Shown here piece after piece: positions 35,726-47,179 of a DNA stretch of 64,000 nt; the stretch's first letter is position 1, and the number at the start of each line of letters is the position of its first letter. Made by a program: the position numbers and the translations under genes. This DNA comes from Mobula hypostoma (taxonomy: Eukaryota): assembly GCF_963921235.1 (NCBI RefSeq), contig NC_086097.1, positions 41,356,001 to 41,420,000 of the forward strand, in the 5' to 3' direction. Below the pieces are notes generated by a model. The model saw only the letters and a list, made by a program, of their open reading frames with translations, was not told the origin of the DNA and searched no databases.

Positions 35726-37499
35726 ACCATATTGAGGTGCGTTGATTGTAAGCTGTGTATTTTCTTCTGAACCCATCACATCTCCTTCCCTTTATTTTTG
35801 TGTGTAAAATTCTCCTTAAAAGCTGTTTGATCAAATTTTCGGTCATTTGCTCTTATACCTCCTCACACATCATGGTGCCAAATTTTATTTAGCATTGTAT
35901 TTATGAAGAACCTTCTGTCGACATTAAAATGTTTTGAGTAGCCCTTAAAACATGGTGAAGATATGAATTATTTCTTTCTGGGAATGTTAATAATTTCAAA
36001 CTTTAAAACATAATTTCTTTTCAATTTGTAAATATCATTCTGCTTCTTAGACTCAGCATATTTTTTTTGTACAGACTGCACGGAAGATTGTAGAAATGTG
36101 ATTCGAATCCATTTTACTTATATAGATTTGTTTTTTTTCCATTAAGCTTAATATTAGATATTGGAAAGGTTTGTATTTCCTTTGCACAGAATGCCACAGA
36201 TCTAAATAAGATTGCTTTCTTATTGCTATTTTACATTTTCCAAAATATCAAAACAAGAGAAAAATGAGGAACAATAAAAACCCGTCAAGCACACTCTTCC
36301 CAGTCACCTATGCATTATTGATTTCTCAGAATTTATTTATTCCCATGAGAGGTCAATAACCAGCAACACAACCTCTGTGTAAATAAAAATGGCATTTCTC
36401 CTTAGCCCCAGGTGACAATTCAAGAAAACATTAGGATATCAATCTAACATGAAAATGTGAGAATTATTCAAAACTGGCTGCTTTATTCCATAAATACTAT
36501 TTCCATGATCCCAATAGGATTAGAACAATAGTATTTGGTAGAATTCTTCTGGCAGTGTAATTCAATTCTTGTCATGTCAGATATTCATCAAAAATTTATG
36601 GAGAACATTAAGATATGTATGTACAAATTCTCCAGATAAGAATTAAGGAACTTGAGTGAGAAATATTTGAAAGACTGAAGTTATAACCTGCAGAAATTTC
36701 TTAACATTTGAAATTCAGTTTTGACAAGGGTCTCCCAGTTCTGGTTTCTTGGTTATGTCGACCCCAGTCATGTTGTGATGCTTAGCTCTGGGATTCTCTC
36801 ACTTCACTGTTCTACATCTATCTCCTCCTGCAAGTCATTTCTTAACGACTATTACTTTGACTAAACTTGTCTCTCTTTTTTAATATAATCCAGAATTAAT
36901 TTTGTTTGATTATTCTTTTATTAAGCAACTTAAAATATTTTGCATCAGTAAAGATATTTTAATGCAGTTTAATGTTTGAAGAATCATAGCTTTCTGTTCC
37001 TTCTCATATATTCTAATAAATGTAAGAAATGTAGTTCTAAAGAATAATTACAAATTATAACCATCGTATTTGCAGGGATTAGATTGCCTTCCTTTTCTTA
37101 GTTAAATAGAGATGATAATGGAGGCCAGGATCATTCCCTTTAAAAACCCTCAGTAGTGTTCTGGCTGCTGGTATTTAATCAGTTGATCATTTCTTGGAGA
37201 GCCATTTTGTTCTGCCACTAGACTCCTCATAGAGTTCAACAGTGTTTACTACAGGTACTTTGCATACTTGTTAATTAAATTGAATTAAATATTAATATAT
37301 TATTATTTCTAATTGTTTTTGAGCTTTCATAATTGTTTCCCCTTTTTAACAATTGTCTTATAATGCACTGTTTAGTTTTTAGTCATTTGTGAATGCTGAC
37401 GAATGTCAAACACATTCACTGATGTGCAATCTCCTTGCCAGCTTTGACAGGTTCAGAGCTGAACCTACTCTCAAAGCAGTTCAACAGACAATCAAGAGC

Positions 37500-37925
37500 C
37501 AAAGTCAAGTTTATTGTCCATCGCACAACTACATGCAAGTATAAGTGCAATGAAAAGCTTGCTCGCGGCAGCATCACAGGGACATAGCATCAAGTACACA
37601 GCATTCACAAGAAAAGCATAAACATAATTAATACAAAGTTATGCAAGAAAGAACACAATTAGAATAAAAAGCAAAATCTATTGCAGTGCAAAATGGTGTA
37701 CTATTGTTGCTAGACTGAGGTAGTAATTGAGGTTGTGCCAGCTCATTCAAGAGACAAATGATTGCAAGGAAGTAGCTATCCTAAAACATTATGGTGTGGG
37801 ACTAGAGACTTCGGCACCTCCTGCCTGACGGCATCTGCGAGAAGATGCCCTGGCCCAGAAAATGGGAACCTTTAATGATAGATGATACCCTCCTGAGGCA
37901 GTGCCTCATATAGATACACCCAATG
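37500..37925 (-). mobile_element. Decayed Rex1/Babar 3' end
   Basis: AAAGTCAAGTTTATTGTC tail; CCTCCTGCCTGACGG (PSGRR) and CTTTAATGATAGATG motifs. Confidence 0.6.
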
Positions 37926-38669
37926 GAGTCTTGCCAGTTAGCTGGGAGATGGCTGCTTGGCGGCCTTGATTGCATTCAGACACTCGATCCAGTTAGATTG
38001 GGTTTTGAATGAGTGTGGGTGGCTCATCTGCCCCCAGGGTATTTGGCTGATTATGCTTTGTGCTGTTTAATTGCAATTGGATTAAATACAAATTTTTGAT
38101 CAATATTTTATTAAAAGTTGTTAAAATCAGTAAAGCAATTGAGTCTATTGCTGGTGACAGAGTTGAAAAGCTTAAATAATAATACCAGGAATAGCCTAAA
38201 TGTATAAATGAGCCAACTGCACATTATCGATGAAACACCAATCTAATTGCAAGTCATTTAAAACACCACCAGTTCACAAAGTAATAATTTCATTGCTGGA
38301 CCAACAGATGGAAATTAGCCAACAAGTTGAAGAACAATAAGCCGAATTTCTATAACACCCGGAATGCAGGAATAGTCTCCAACCGTACAAATGAAGGGAT
38401 TCGGGGCATGTCATTTACAATGAAACAAATTCAGTCTTGCACTGTGCTTAGAGAAAAGCTTCTTTAGCAATCTGAAACTTGGTGAAATAGCTTTTTGACA
38501 TAATTCCAAAAGCTGTAATCCCCATATTAATCCTTCTCAATGGAGCTGGCGTATTAATTGCAAAACTTCCCTCCATTCTAATGACAGTTTTGAAGCGTAG
38601 ACTGTTGAACCAGAGCCGTGCTTTATACAATAATATTTATACTGCACATTTCAATTTAATTACACAGCA

Positions 38670-39220
38670 ATTCAAGTTTCAAGATTGTTTACTGTCACTT
38701 CCAGTACACAGTGTAAAAGAGAACGAAATGATTGTTACTCCAAATCCGATGCAGCATAAAACATAATAAGATAAAGAAGACAATAATAAAAACACAATAA
38801 ATATAAACATATAAGTGAGCTTATGTACATATATTCATAGTATGCCCATAAAGTGATGCTAGGCAAAGGAGTGTCTGTGCATAAAATAACTCTGAGAGGA
38901 AATGATAAAGCAGTGGTGCTGGGTGATGTGCAGCCTTGGAAGTATTGATCAGCCTCATTGCTTGGGGAAAGTGTTTTTGGGTCTGGTGGGCCTGGCATAG
39001 ACACTACATAGCCTCATCCCTTATGGGAGTGGGACAAGCAGTTCTAGAACAGGGTGGGTGAAATTCATGATGTTATTGGCCCATTTCCTGCACCTTTCTG
39101 TATATATATCCTTGATGGTGGATAGGCTGGTGCTGGTGATGCGTTGGGCAGTTTTGACTACTCACTGTAGAGCCTTCCTGTCTGTCACAGTGCAGTTTCC
39201 ATACCATGCAGTGATGCAGT
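38670..39220 (-). mobile_element. Rex1/Babar 3' fragment, interrupted by Gypsy and CR1; probably resumes at 44298-44590
   Basis: TTCAAGTTTCAAG tail; CAGTTTCCATACCATGCAGTGATGCAG (CITAWYGNC). Confidence 0.7.
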
Positions 39221-39225
39221 GCATA

Positions 39226-39564
39226 TGTAGAAGAATATTGTCGGGAAACGTAGAGGAAACTGGATCCAAAAGCAAAGCAATGGAGATGATTTATTAGTAA
39301 AGAATATTTTACCAATAAAATGAAAAATAACAAACCATGAGGGGCCACAAAACAAGAGAGAACAAATACTTAACATGACAAGGCACCAAGGTAACTGAAG
39401 GCTAGGAGCAACTGGTTGAGGTTGGCTTGTTCAATTGATGAACAAAGGATTGTGAATGAAATATGGGTTTAAATAGGCTGCAGGTAATGAGTTGAAAATG
39501 AGTGGCAGGTGATTTCAGTTAGCTGGATGGAGACTAGGAGGTGCCTGCCTGTGCAGGCCTCACA
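39226..39564 (-). mobile_element. 3' LTR of the Gypsy element
   Basis: On the minus strand a purine-rich PPT TAGGAGAGGTGAGTTC (39565-39580) is followed by TGTGAGG at 39564; the distal CA end is at 39226 or 39239 (uncertain). Confidence 0.65.
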
Positions 39565-42370
39565 GAACTCACCTCTCCTACGGTCAGCACCTGATGTCCA
39601 GGACAATCCAGGTGGGTCGGTGAACTCCTCTGAGCAATGGATCCGAGATGAAACTGGACGGCCACTGGTGACCTCTCCTCTGGGCTGTACCCTTTCCAGT
39701 CAACCAGATACTGCACACCCTATCCAGGGATACATGAATCTATCAACTGGCAAACCGTATACATTGGACTATCCTCCACCATCCTTGGTTTTGAAAGTGC
39801 AGTCTCACGTGGGTTGTGTGGTCTATGAACAATGGCGGCTTGAGGCAGGACACATGGAAGGTAGATGTGATCCTGAGGGATGGTGGCAGCTGGAGATGGT
39901 AAACGACTGGGTTGGTGCAATGGGTAATCTGGTAATTGGGTTGAGAGCTTGTGGGAGTCGGTGCTCAGGGGCAGATCTCAAGTGAACAGCCAAGCGCAGT
40001 CTCCAGGCTGGAGTAGCAGCAGTAGGTGCGATGGGAAGCTGGGATGGCCTTCTGTGTCCTCTTCCAAGCCTTCCAGCATCAGCTGACCAGGGCCTGGATA
40101 GATAGGACCTCCACTGCTGGCTCCTCTGCAGGGAACAACAGGGGTTGGTAGCCATGAAGCATTTCAAAGGTTGCCATGCTTGTGGCAGAGGAGGTGCAGG
40201 GCCAGAGCAGATGCTTCTTCCATGTGGAAGGGTTAGAGGTGGCAAAGCATCGCCGAAACTTCTCCACTGCTGATTGGTTCTGACTGGCCGTTTGTCTGCA
40301 GATGATGGCCAGAGGACAAACTCACTGAGGTGCAGAGGAGGGAGCAGAACGCTCTCTGGAAGCTAGAGATGAACTGTGGAACCCGGTCCAACACAATGTC
40401 CTGAGGGAAATAGTGGAGGTGAACTACCTGTGGACGACCAGGTCTGCCATCTCAGCAGCTGACGGAGGTTTGGGGAGGGGGAGCAATAAAGTTAACTGCT
40501 TTGGAGAACCGGTCTATCACCATTGTAATCACCATGGCCCCATCAGAAGGTGACAAGCCTGGATGAAATGCATGGCTATGTGGGACCACAGGCACTAGCG
40601 GAGCAGTCGGACCTACAGGAGCCCAGAGGACCTCTGTTTGGAGGAATTGGATTGGGCATATTTAGGGCAGGCAGATGAACTGATGAATATCTATGATCTT
40701 GCTGGGCTACCAGAACCATTATTGCAGAAAACCCAGAGTCTGTCCTGCATCTGGATGGCTGGAGAAGGCTGAAGAGTGGACCACAGGAGAGGGTTGAGGA
40801 GTGGGCCTCTGGAGTGCCTCAGAGTGCACGGCTGCTGACATCATATACATGTGGATGACAGGTGTGTCTGCCGGAGCAGGCCTGTGCTCTAGGGCCTGGT
40901 GGATCTGGTTCTCATGATCCCAGATGATCCTGACAAGGATCTCCAAGGATTATAATGATGGACTGAGGGTTGATTTCTGTTTCTATTGGGTCAAACTGTC
41001 ATGACAAGGCTTCCACCTCAGTGTTCTTGGAGCCTGGTCAGTAGGAGATGGTGAAGTTGAATTGCTCGAAGAGCATTCAGCAAGCTTGACATGAGTTGAG
41101 TTGGTGCGTCTGTTGTATGGATACGAGGTTCTGGTGGTCAATCCAGGTCAGGAAGGTCTCGGAGTTTCTCATCTGACAATGTCTCCATGCCTCTGAGGCC
41201 CACTTAATTTCAAGTAGCTTCCTGTCTCCTACTCCGTAACGGCACTGTGTAGAAGGTGGCAGGTGGGTGTGTTCTTCCTGTCCAGTCCTCGCTGGGAGAT
41301 GATGGCCCAAGCACCGATATGACATGAATCCACCTCTTCCACAAAATGTTCAGAGTAGTTCAAATGGTGGAGAATGGGAGCAGTGGTGAAGCACCTCTTG
41401 AGCTCCTCGGAAGCATGGTCTGCGGAGCCATTCAATGATGGTGTGCACTTTGGGTCCATGGTTATGCCTTGGGATGAAAGGAAACGACTGGGGTGTGTGG
41501 AGCTGGCACTTTTCTAACTTGTAGCACAGCTGGTTCTTGAGGAGAAGCTTAAGGACTGAATGAACATGAGATGTGATCTGGCAGTCCTTGGATAAGATGA
41601 GGAATTTGTCATGGTAGATGAACACATACCTGTGTAGCATGTCTGATAGGATCTTGTTGATGAAGTCCTGGGAAAATGGCTGGACGATAGGAAAGCTCGA
41701 AGGCAGACCAGCCGGGCCAGTAGATTTTATGAATTCCATCTTCCATTCATCTCTATGGAGAGTGTGGATCATGTTGTATGCACTCCGTAGATCCAGTTTG
41801 GTGAAGATCTTGGCCCTGCAGTGTTTCAAATGCACTATCCAACAAGGGTTTCCTCCATCTCCATAGACTTACGGAGTGAAGTCAGCTGAGGTTGCAGGCA
41901 GGAGATTTGGCAGATGGGTCCCCAATTCAGTGGTGAACCGGATGACCAGGTGAAGTGATGGTCATGAGTGGACAGCCAGGAGTAATCCAAGATGAGAGGA
42001 GTGTTGAGTGAGTCAATCAAAAGAAATTGCATAGACTCAGGGTGCACAGGCTGTGTATGCACTTTAACCATCCCGGGCACCAAGGGACGCCCGTCAATGC
42101 AGAAGAGGTGAGAGATAGGTTCGGTAGGGAGTCCAAGTTGCACAACAGAGTCTGGTCCTGAAAGCTGCCTGCTGCACTGGAACCCAGCAGAGTCTCCTGT
42201 GCATGTAAAGCCATTAGGGTGTGGAGGAGAACGGAGAAGGTGAAATGGGCTATGGCACTGGATCGAGACACCGGGGTTGTTTACCAGATGAAGGGCCCCT
42301 CCTCTGTAAGTGGTGGTGCTACTTTCCCAGACGCAGTGGGCATTTGATGCCTGGGTGATAGGCAGCACCA
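39565..42370 (-). mobile_element. Chromodomain-bearing Gypsy (sushi-like chromovirus) pol and gag C-terminus, pseudogenised
   Basis: RT AKIFTKLDLRSAYN; RNase H FTTAPILHH..EVDS and TWIDHQNL; integrase WSHIAM...IDRFSKA (~40495-40590); chromodomain QYLVDWKGYSPEERS. Confidence 0.9.
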
Positions 42371-42371
42371 C

Positions 42372-42845
42372 AGTGAGCTCCAGCCATCTCTCTATTCTAT
42401 GCCATAAGCCAAGATTTCCTTCATTATCTCTCCCCTCACTGGGCAACATCCAACATTGGCCACCATTAACTGTGACAATAAAACCACCATTTGCAATATG
42501 TATGAGGAATTCAACAGCAGGAAGTAGAAGGGGGCAGCAGATTGTATACTTCGCCTGCATCAAAGCTCACGCTTAATGCTGGTTTACACTATGGAATTCA
42601 GGGCCTTCCATGGTCGTGTAGAGCTGGAAATCAGAAGTGCTGCTGGCCAATTCCCATCACGGACTCTTAGCACAATTGAGAGACAAGCTGTCTACCTGGG
42701 AGATGCCCACCAACCTCGCAAGCCTCATCACTCTGGTCTTTTAAATGGACACATTTCTAATGAAACAACCAGCCAGAATTCCACTTTTGTTCCTAGAACC
42801 ATTTCAGACTGCAGGATGCACATCATCTCCACCTCCAGAACCTCT
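42372..42845 (+). mobile_element. Gypsy gag core in inverted orientation
   Basis: + strand reads ELQPSLY..AKISFIISPLTG, ADCILRLHQSSRLMLVYTMEFRA and HHGLLAQLRDKLSTWEMPTNLASLITL, resembling sushi-type gag motifs. Confidence 0.75.
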
Positions 42846-42849
42846 TAGT

Positions 42850-44297
42850 AACCTGCTTAATATTATTGGCCAGTTTGCCCTCATATTCATCTTTTCCCTA
42901 GTATAGTGATTTTAGGTGCCTTTTGATGGATTTTAAAAGTTTCCCAATCATCCAAGTTCTCACTTTTGTTATATGCCCTTTCCTTGTTGTTAAGCAGTCC
43001 TTAACTTCCCTTGTCAGCCACAGTTGCCTACACCTGCCATTTCAGAACTTCTTCCTCTGTGGGACGTGTCTATCCTGCGCCTTGTGAACTATTCCTAGAA
43101 ACTTCAGCCACCTCTGCTCTGCCATCATCCCCACCACTATCCTCCTCCAATCCACCTGGACAAGTTCATCTGTCAAGCCTCTGTAATTCCCTTTATTCCA
43201 TTGCGATACTGATACGTGTGGCTTATACTTCTCCCTCTCAAACTGCCGTATGAATTCAATCATATTATCACTGTCTCCTAAGGGTTCGTTTACATTAAGC
43301 TCTCTAATAAAACCTGGGTTATTACACAACACCCAATCTAAGGTAGCCATTCCCCAAGTAGGCTCAAGCACAAGCTGCTCTAAAAAGCCATCTCGTAGGC
43401 ATTCAACAAATTCCCTCTCTTGTGATCCAACACCAACCTAATTTTACCAATTCCCTCGCATATTGAAAGTCCCCTATTACAATTGTGTTATTACCATCAC
43501 TACATGCCTTTTCCAGCTCCCTTTGCAATCTCAACCCCATATCTTGCCTACTATTTGGAGGCCTATATATGAATCCATAATGTTTTTTTTTAACCCTTGC
43601 AGTTTCTTAACTCCACCCACAAAGATTTAACATTCTTTGACCCTATGTCATCTCTTTCTAAAGATGTAATTCCATCTCTTACCACCAGAACTACACTGCC
43701 ACCTATGCCTTCCTGCCTGTCTTTTCAATACAAAGTGTATCGCTTGATCTTAAGCTCCTGACTATGGCCTTCTTTCAGCCATCACTCAGTGATGCCCACA
43801 ATGTCATATCGACCCATCTCTAATTGCGCCTCGAGTTCGTCCCCCTTATTCCAAATGCTACACACATTTAAATACAACACCTACAATCCTGCATTCTTGG
43901 CCTTTTGAATTTTGCCTCTGTGGTACAATTTAACTCTTTGCTTTGTCTGACCCAATCATTGGCTCGTCCTTCCTTAAATTCATGTTATATTCATCATCTA
44001 CTTGTAAGATGCTCAGCTCTATCATCCTGGTTCCCATCACCCTGCCATATTAGTTTAAACCACTCCCAACAGCTCTAGTAAACCTGCCCTGAAGTATATT
44101 GGTGTTCCTCAGATTCAAGTGCAACCTGTCCCTTTTGTTCAGGTCCCACCTGCCCCCAGAAGAGGTCCCAATTATCTAGAAATCTGAATCCCTACCCTCT
44201 GCTCCAATTCTTGAGCCACACATGTATCTGCCACCTCATTCTATTCCTATCCTCACTGTTGCCTGGCACAGGCAGCAATCCCACGATTACTACTCTA
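42850..44297 (-). mobile_element. CR1 fragment (ORF1 esterase C-terminus and ORF2 endonuclease)
   Basis: ATLDWVLCNNP..EPLGDSD in ORF 43042-43371; RVVIVGLLPVP..RNRMRWQIHVWLKNWSRG in ORF 44192-44401. Confidence 0.85.
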
Positions 44298-44590
44298 GGT
44301 ATGCATAGTACAGCTCTTTCCAGTCTCCTGAGAAAGTCGGGGAATTGGTGAGCTTTCTTGATTGTGTTCTGGAACCATAAGAGGTTGTATGAAATCTTCA
44401 CTCCCGGAAGTCTGACTGCTCACAATTTCTACTGCTGTGTCGCCAATGTAAGGAGGGATGTGAGTGATGTGAGTTCTCCTGAAACTGATAACCATCTCAA
44501 TTGACTTGTTGACATTGAGGAAGAAGTTATTAGCCTGGCACCAGGCCTCGAGCTCTTCCACCTCCTCTCTATAGATCACCTCATCATGAA
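44298..44590 (-). mobile_element. Rex1/Babar fragment
   Basis: DEVIYREEVEELEAWCQANNFFLNVNKSIEMVISFRR. Confidence 0.8.
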
Positions 44591-45339
44591 GTCTCATTGA
44601 AAACTTTATGGTATAATGTTATTTCAAGTGTTTACAGTTAAGTTTTCTCCTCTATTTTAAACTGCATGGTGCTTAGTATAAAGAGACATCTTTATGTGCA
44701 ATTCCATACTTTAAAAAAATGTAAATAATTTTATTTAAACTTGCAATAGAAAGATTTTCAGAGATCAATTTTAATGATGGTCAATAGCATGACATTATGT
44801 TTGTTTTAAATGAACAGGGATGTGCACTAAGGGTGAAATTGAGATGCCTGAAAAAAAAGGGAGGTAGCTAACATGAAGAAAGCTAAGAGACCGAAAATAA
44901 ATTTGTAAGACTCTTAAGCCATGATTCTGTTTTGGCGCTGGAGATGAATACAGGAGCTGAATGAAGAAATATTAGAAGAAAATTTGCAAAGGAGTGTGAC
45001 TGTCCTGTAAAGTTGAGATTTCGTTTGAATGAGCTGAGGAATAGGTTACTTTGATACTTTCGACTGCAATGAAGGGCAGAGATTGGGTAGCAGATTAAGG
45101 AATTATTTCGACATGAGATGTGTAGAGAGAAGCATTGTAATTCTGAGAACTGGTTATCTGTGGTCACAGCTGAACCTCTTCATCTCAAAACATAGTTTTA
45201 ATTCTTATCCTCTTCCAAACAAATCTGTTCCACCTTGTATTCTTTGATTCTGCCTGCCTTGTACAGTATTACTTTATTATTTTGGGGGAATAAATACTGT
45301 GGGCAGTTTTTTGAGAAATTATTGCCGTAGGTCAGGTAC

Positions 45340-46470
45340 ATTTCATGAAACAAGGACAGAAAAGCCTGAAAAATTCAGCCAGTCAATCAGCAGCTGTGGA
45401 AGGAAAAAGAAAGATCATGTCTTGTGTCAGTGATCCTTTCTCTGTACTTGGGAAAGAGTGGTTTATAGTTTTCAAAGCAAAGCTCTGGGGGAGGATGAGT
45501 TGCAACAGAAAATATTATGTGAATATTAGCTGAGACAGATCAGGTGAAATGGAGCATGTATACTGACTATTATAAAATGGAGTATGAAATGGAACATGTA
45601 AGTGCAAGAAATTGAGAGGCAGGAGTAGGTCATTAGATCATTTAGGCCTGGCCCAACTATTCAGACTAATCATTGCCAATCTATAGTGGCCTCAACTCCA
45701 CTTCTATGGTGTACTTCTTGAAGTTTCAAGTCTTTATCCATCATAATGACATAATCGTGATAATGGGCCACAATGAGAGAACAGATTATTTGACTTTGGG
45801 AAATTCAATGTTCATCCCAACAGGCCACAACCTCTAGATGAAAGATGAGTTGTTGTTCCTCTAGTTTATGTTGTGCTTAATTATGGTAGTGGAGAAGCCA
45901 TAGAGAGTCAGTTGTTGTCAGAATAACAGTATGATTGAGAATTAAAGTGGCATGCAACAGGGAACTCAGATGTTCCATATGTTCCACAAGATGTGCATAG
46001 ATGTTCCACAAAGCAATCACCCAATCTGCATTTGACCTCCATGTAGAATAGGCCACATTATGAACACCGAATGCCGTTAATTAAATTGGAAGGAGAGCAA
46101 GTGAATCACTGCTTCACCTGGAATGAATGTTTGGGTTCCTGGGTGGTGGGGAGGGAAGTGGTGAATGGACAGGTGTTGCATCTTCTCCAGATGTGTTGCA
46201 AGGTGCCATGGGACAGGGACTGGTGGCTGAGGGTGGGAGAATGGATTAGAGAATCACAAAGTGAACTGGCACTATGAAGTGCAAAATGGAGAGGAGAGGG
46301 AGTCATTCTGTGCTTTCCAAACTAACACCCCTCTATCCTTTTCCAGTTGTGTGGAAAGGTTTCTGACCTGAAATATTAACTGGTTTCTCTTTTCATAGAT
46401 GCTGCTTTGATTAGCTGAGTTCTCCTGGCATTTCTGTTTCCATTTCAGATTGCAGCATCTCCAGTTTTAT
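45340..46470 (-). mobile_element. Old Penelope element with inverted pLTRs at both ends
   Basis: RRCNTCPFTTSLPTTQEPKHSFQVKQ (ORF 46106-46306) is homologous to 34940-35020; minus pLTR at ~45345-45440 and plus pLTR at ~46340-46470 (stem CCAGTT/AACTGG kept, core decayed). Confidence 0.7.
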
Positions 46471-47179
46471 TTGTTTTCCATAATATTTCATGAAAGTTAT
46501 TTATGACGAATTTTAGGGTACTGGTAGATAATGTATGATGGGTCAGAATTTCATCTCATGTTGTACATGCTAATAATACTATGTAGTAATATAAGCCTTG
46601 AATTGCAGAAATGAGGTTCAATATTCTTGTAACTACATTGCACGTTAAGCACTGGGCATGACCCAAAATGAATTGTTAGCCTCTAGTGTTTTGACATAAG
46701 AGACATAAAAGATTGTGCATCTTCATCTGCTTCAGTCTATAGGATATAGTCCAAAGAGGAATATGTGCTGTACTGTTAGAATTGGGTGCCCTTCCTTTTA
46801 AGTTAATCTTTGAGTTTAATGCATTTTACTTCCCAGAAGAAGGTAAAATGAAGATTATTGCTTATTAAAGTGAAGACACAACACTGAGTGTGTGTCTTTG
46901 GTCTCCTGTACAATCTCCCAGATTGTAGTAGGGGAAGAGAGCATGTTGCAGATGGTAAGTGTCTTTGATGGTCAATGCTGCCTTCTTGAGGCACTACCTG
47001 TTGAAGATCTTAATGGCAGGGAAGGGCTGTGCCCATGATGAAGCTGGCTGAGAAACAATGTCCAGCAGCCTCGTTTGATTCTGCAACCTGTCAGAATGCT
47101 CTCCACTGCACATCTGTAGAAATTTGTAAGTGTCTGGTGACATTCCAAATCTCCTCAAACTCCTAATGAACCCTCAATA

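Larger units (their letters stand above)
33230..35900 (+). mobile_element. Old L2-type LINE, heavily decayed, split by the Penelope insertion
   Basis: CLSNIQFWMSRNFLQL in ORF 33834-34040; LDLS/AAFD-like remnant near 33505-33545; L2-like 3' remnant after 35740, similar to 58400-58450. Confidence 0.6.

Noticed and set aside
38393..38407. GAAGGGATTCGGGGC translates to EGIRG, as in the MDGA2 MAM domain (FEGIRGPG).
   Set aside because: Flanking residues (TN..MSFTM) do not match, no suitable acceptor is apparent and the intervening exons are missing; chance 5-aa match.
41835..42563. 242-aa ORF as an intact gag/protease or domesticated gene
   Set aside because: It spans the inversion breakpoint, so its N-terminal part is antisense gag; the element is full of frameshifts.
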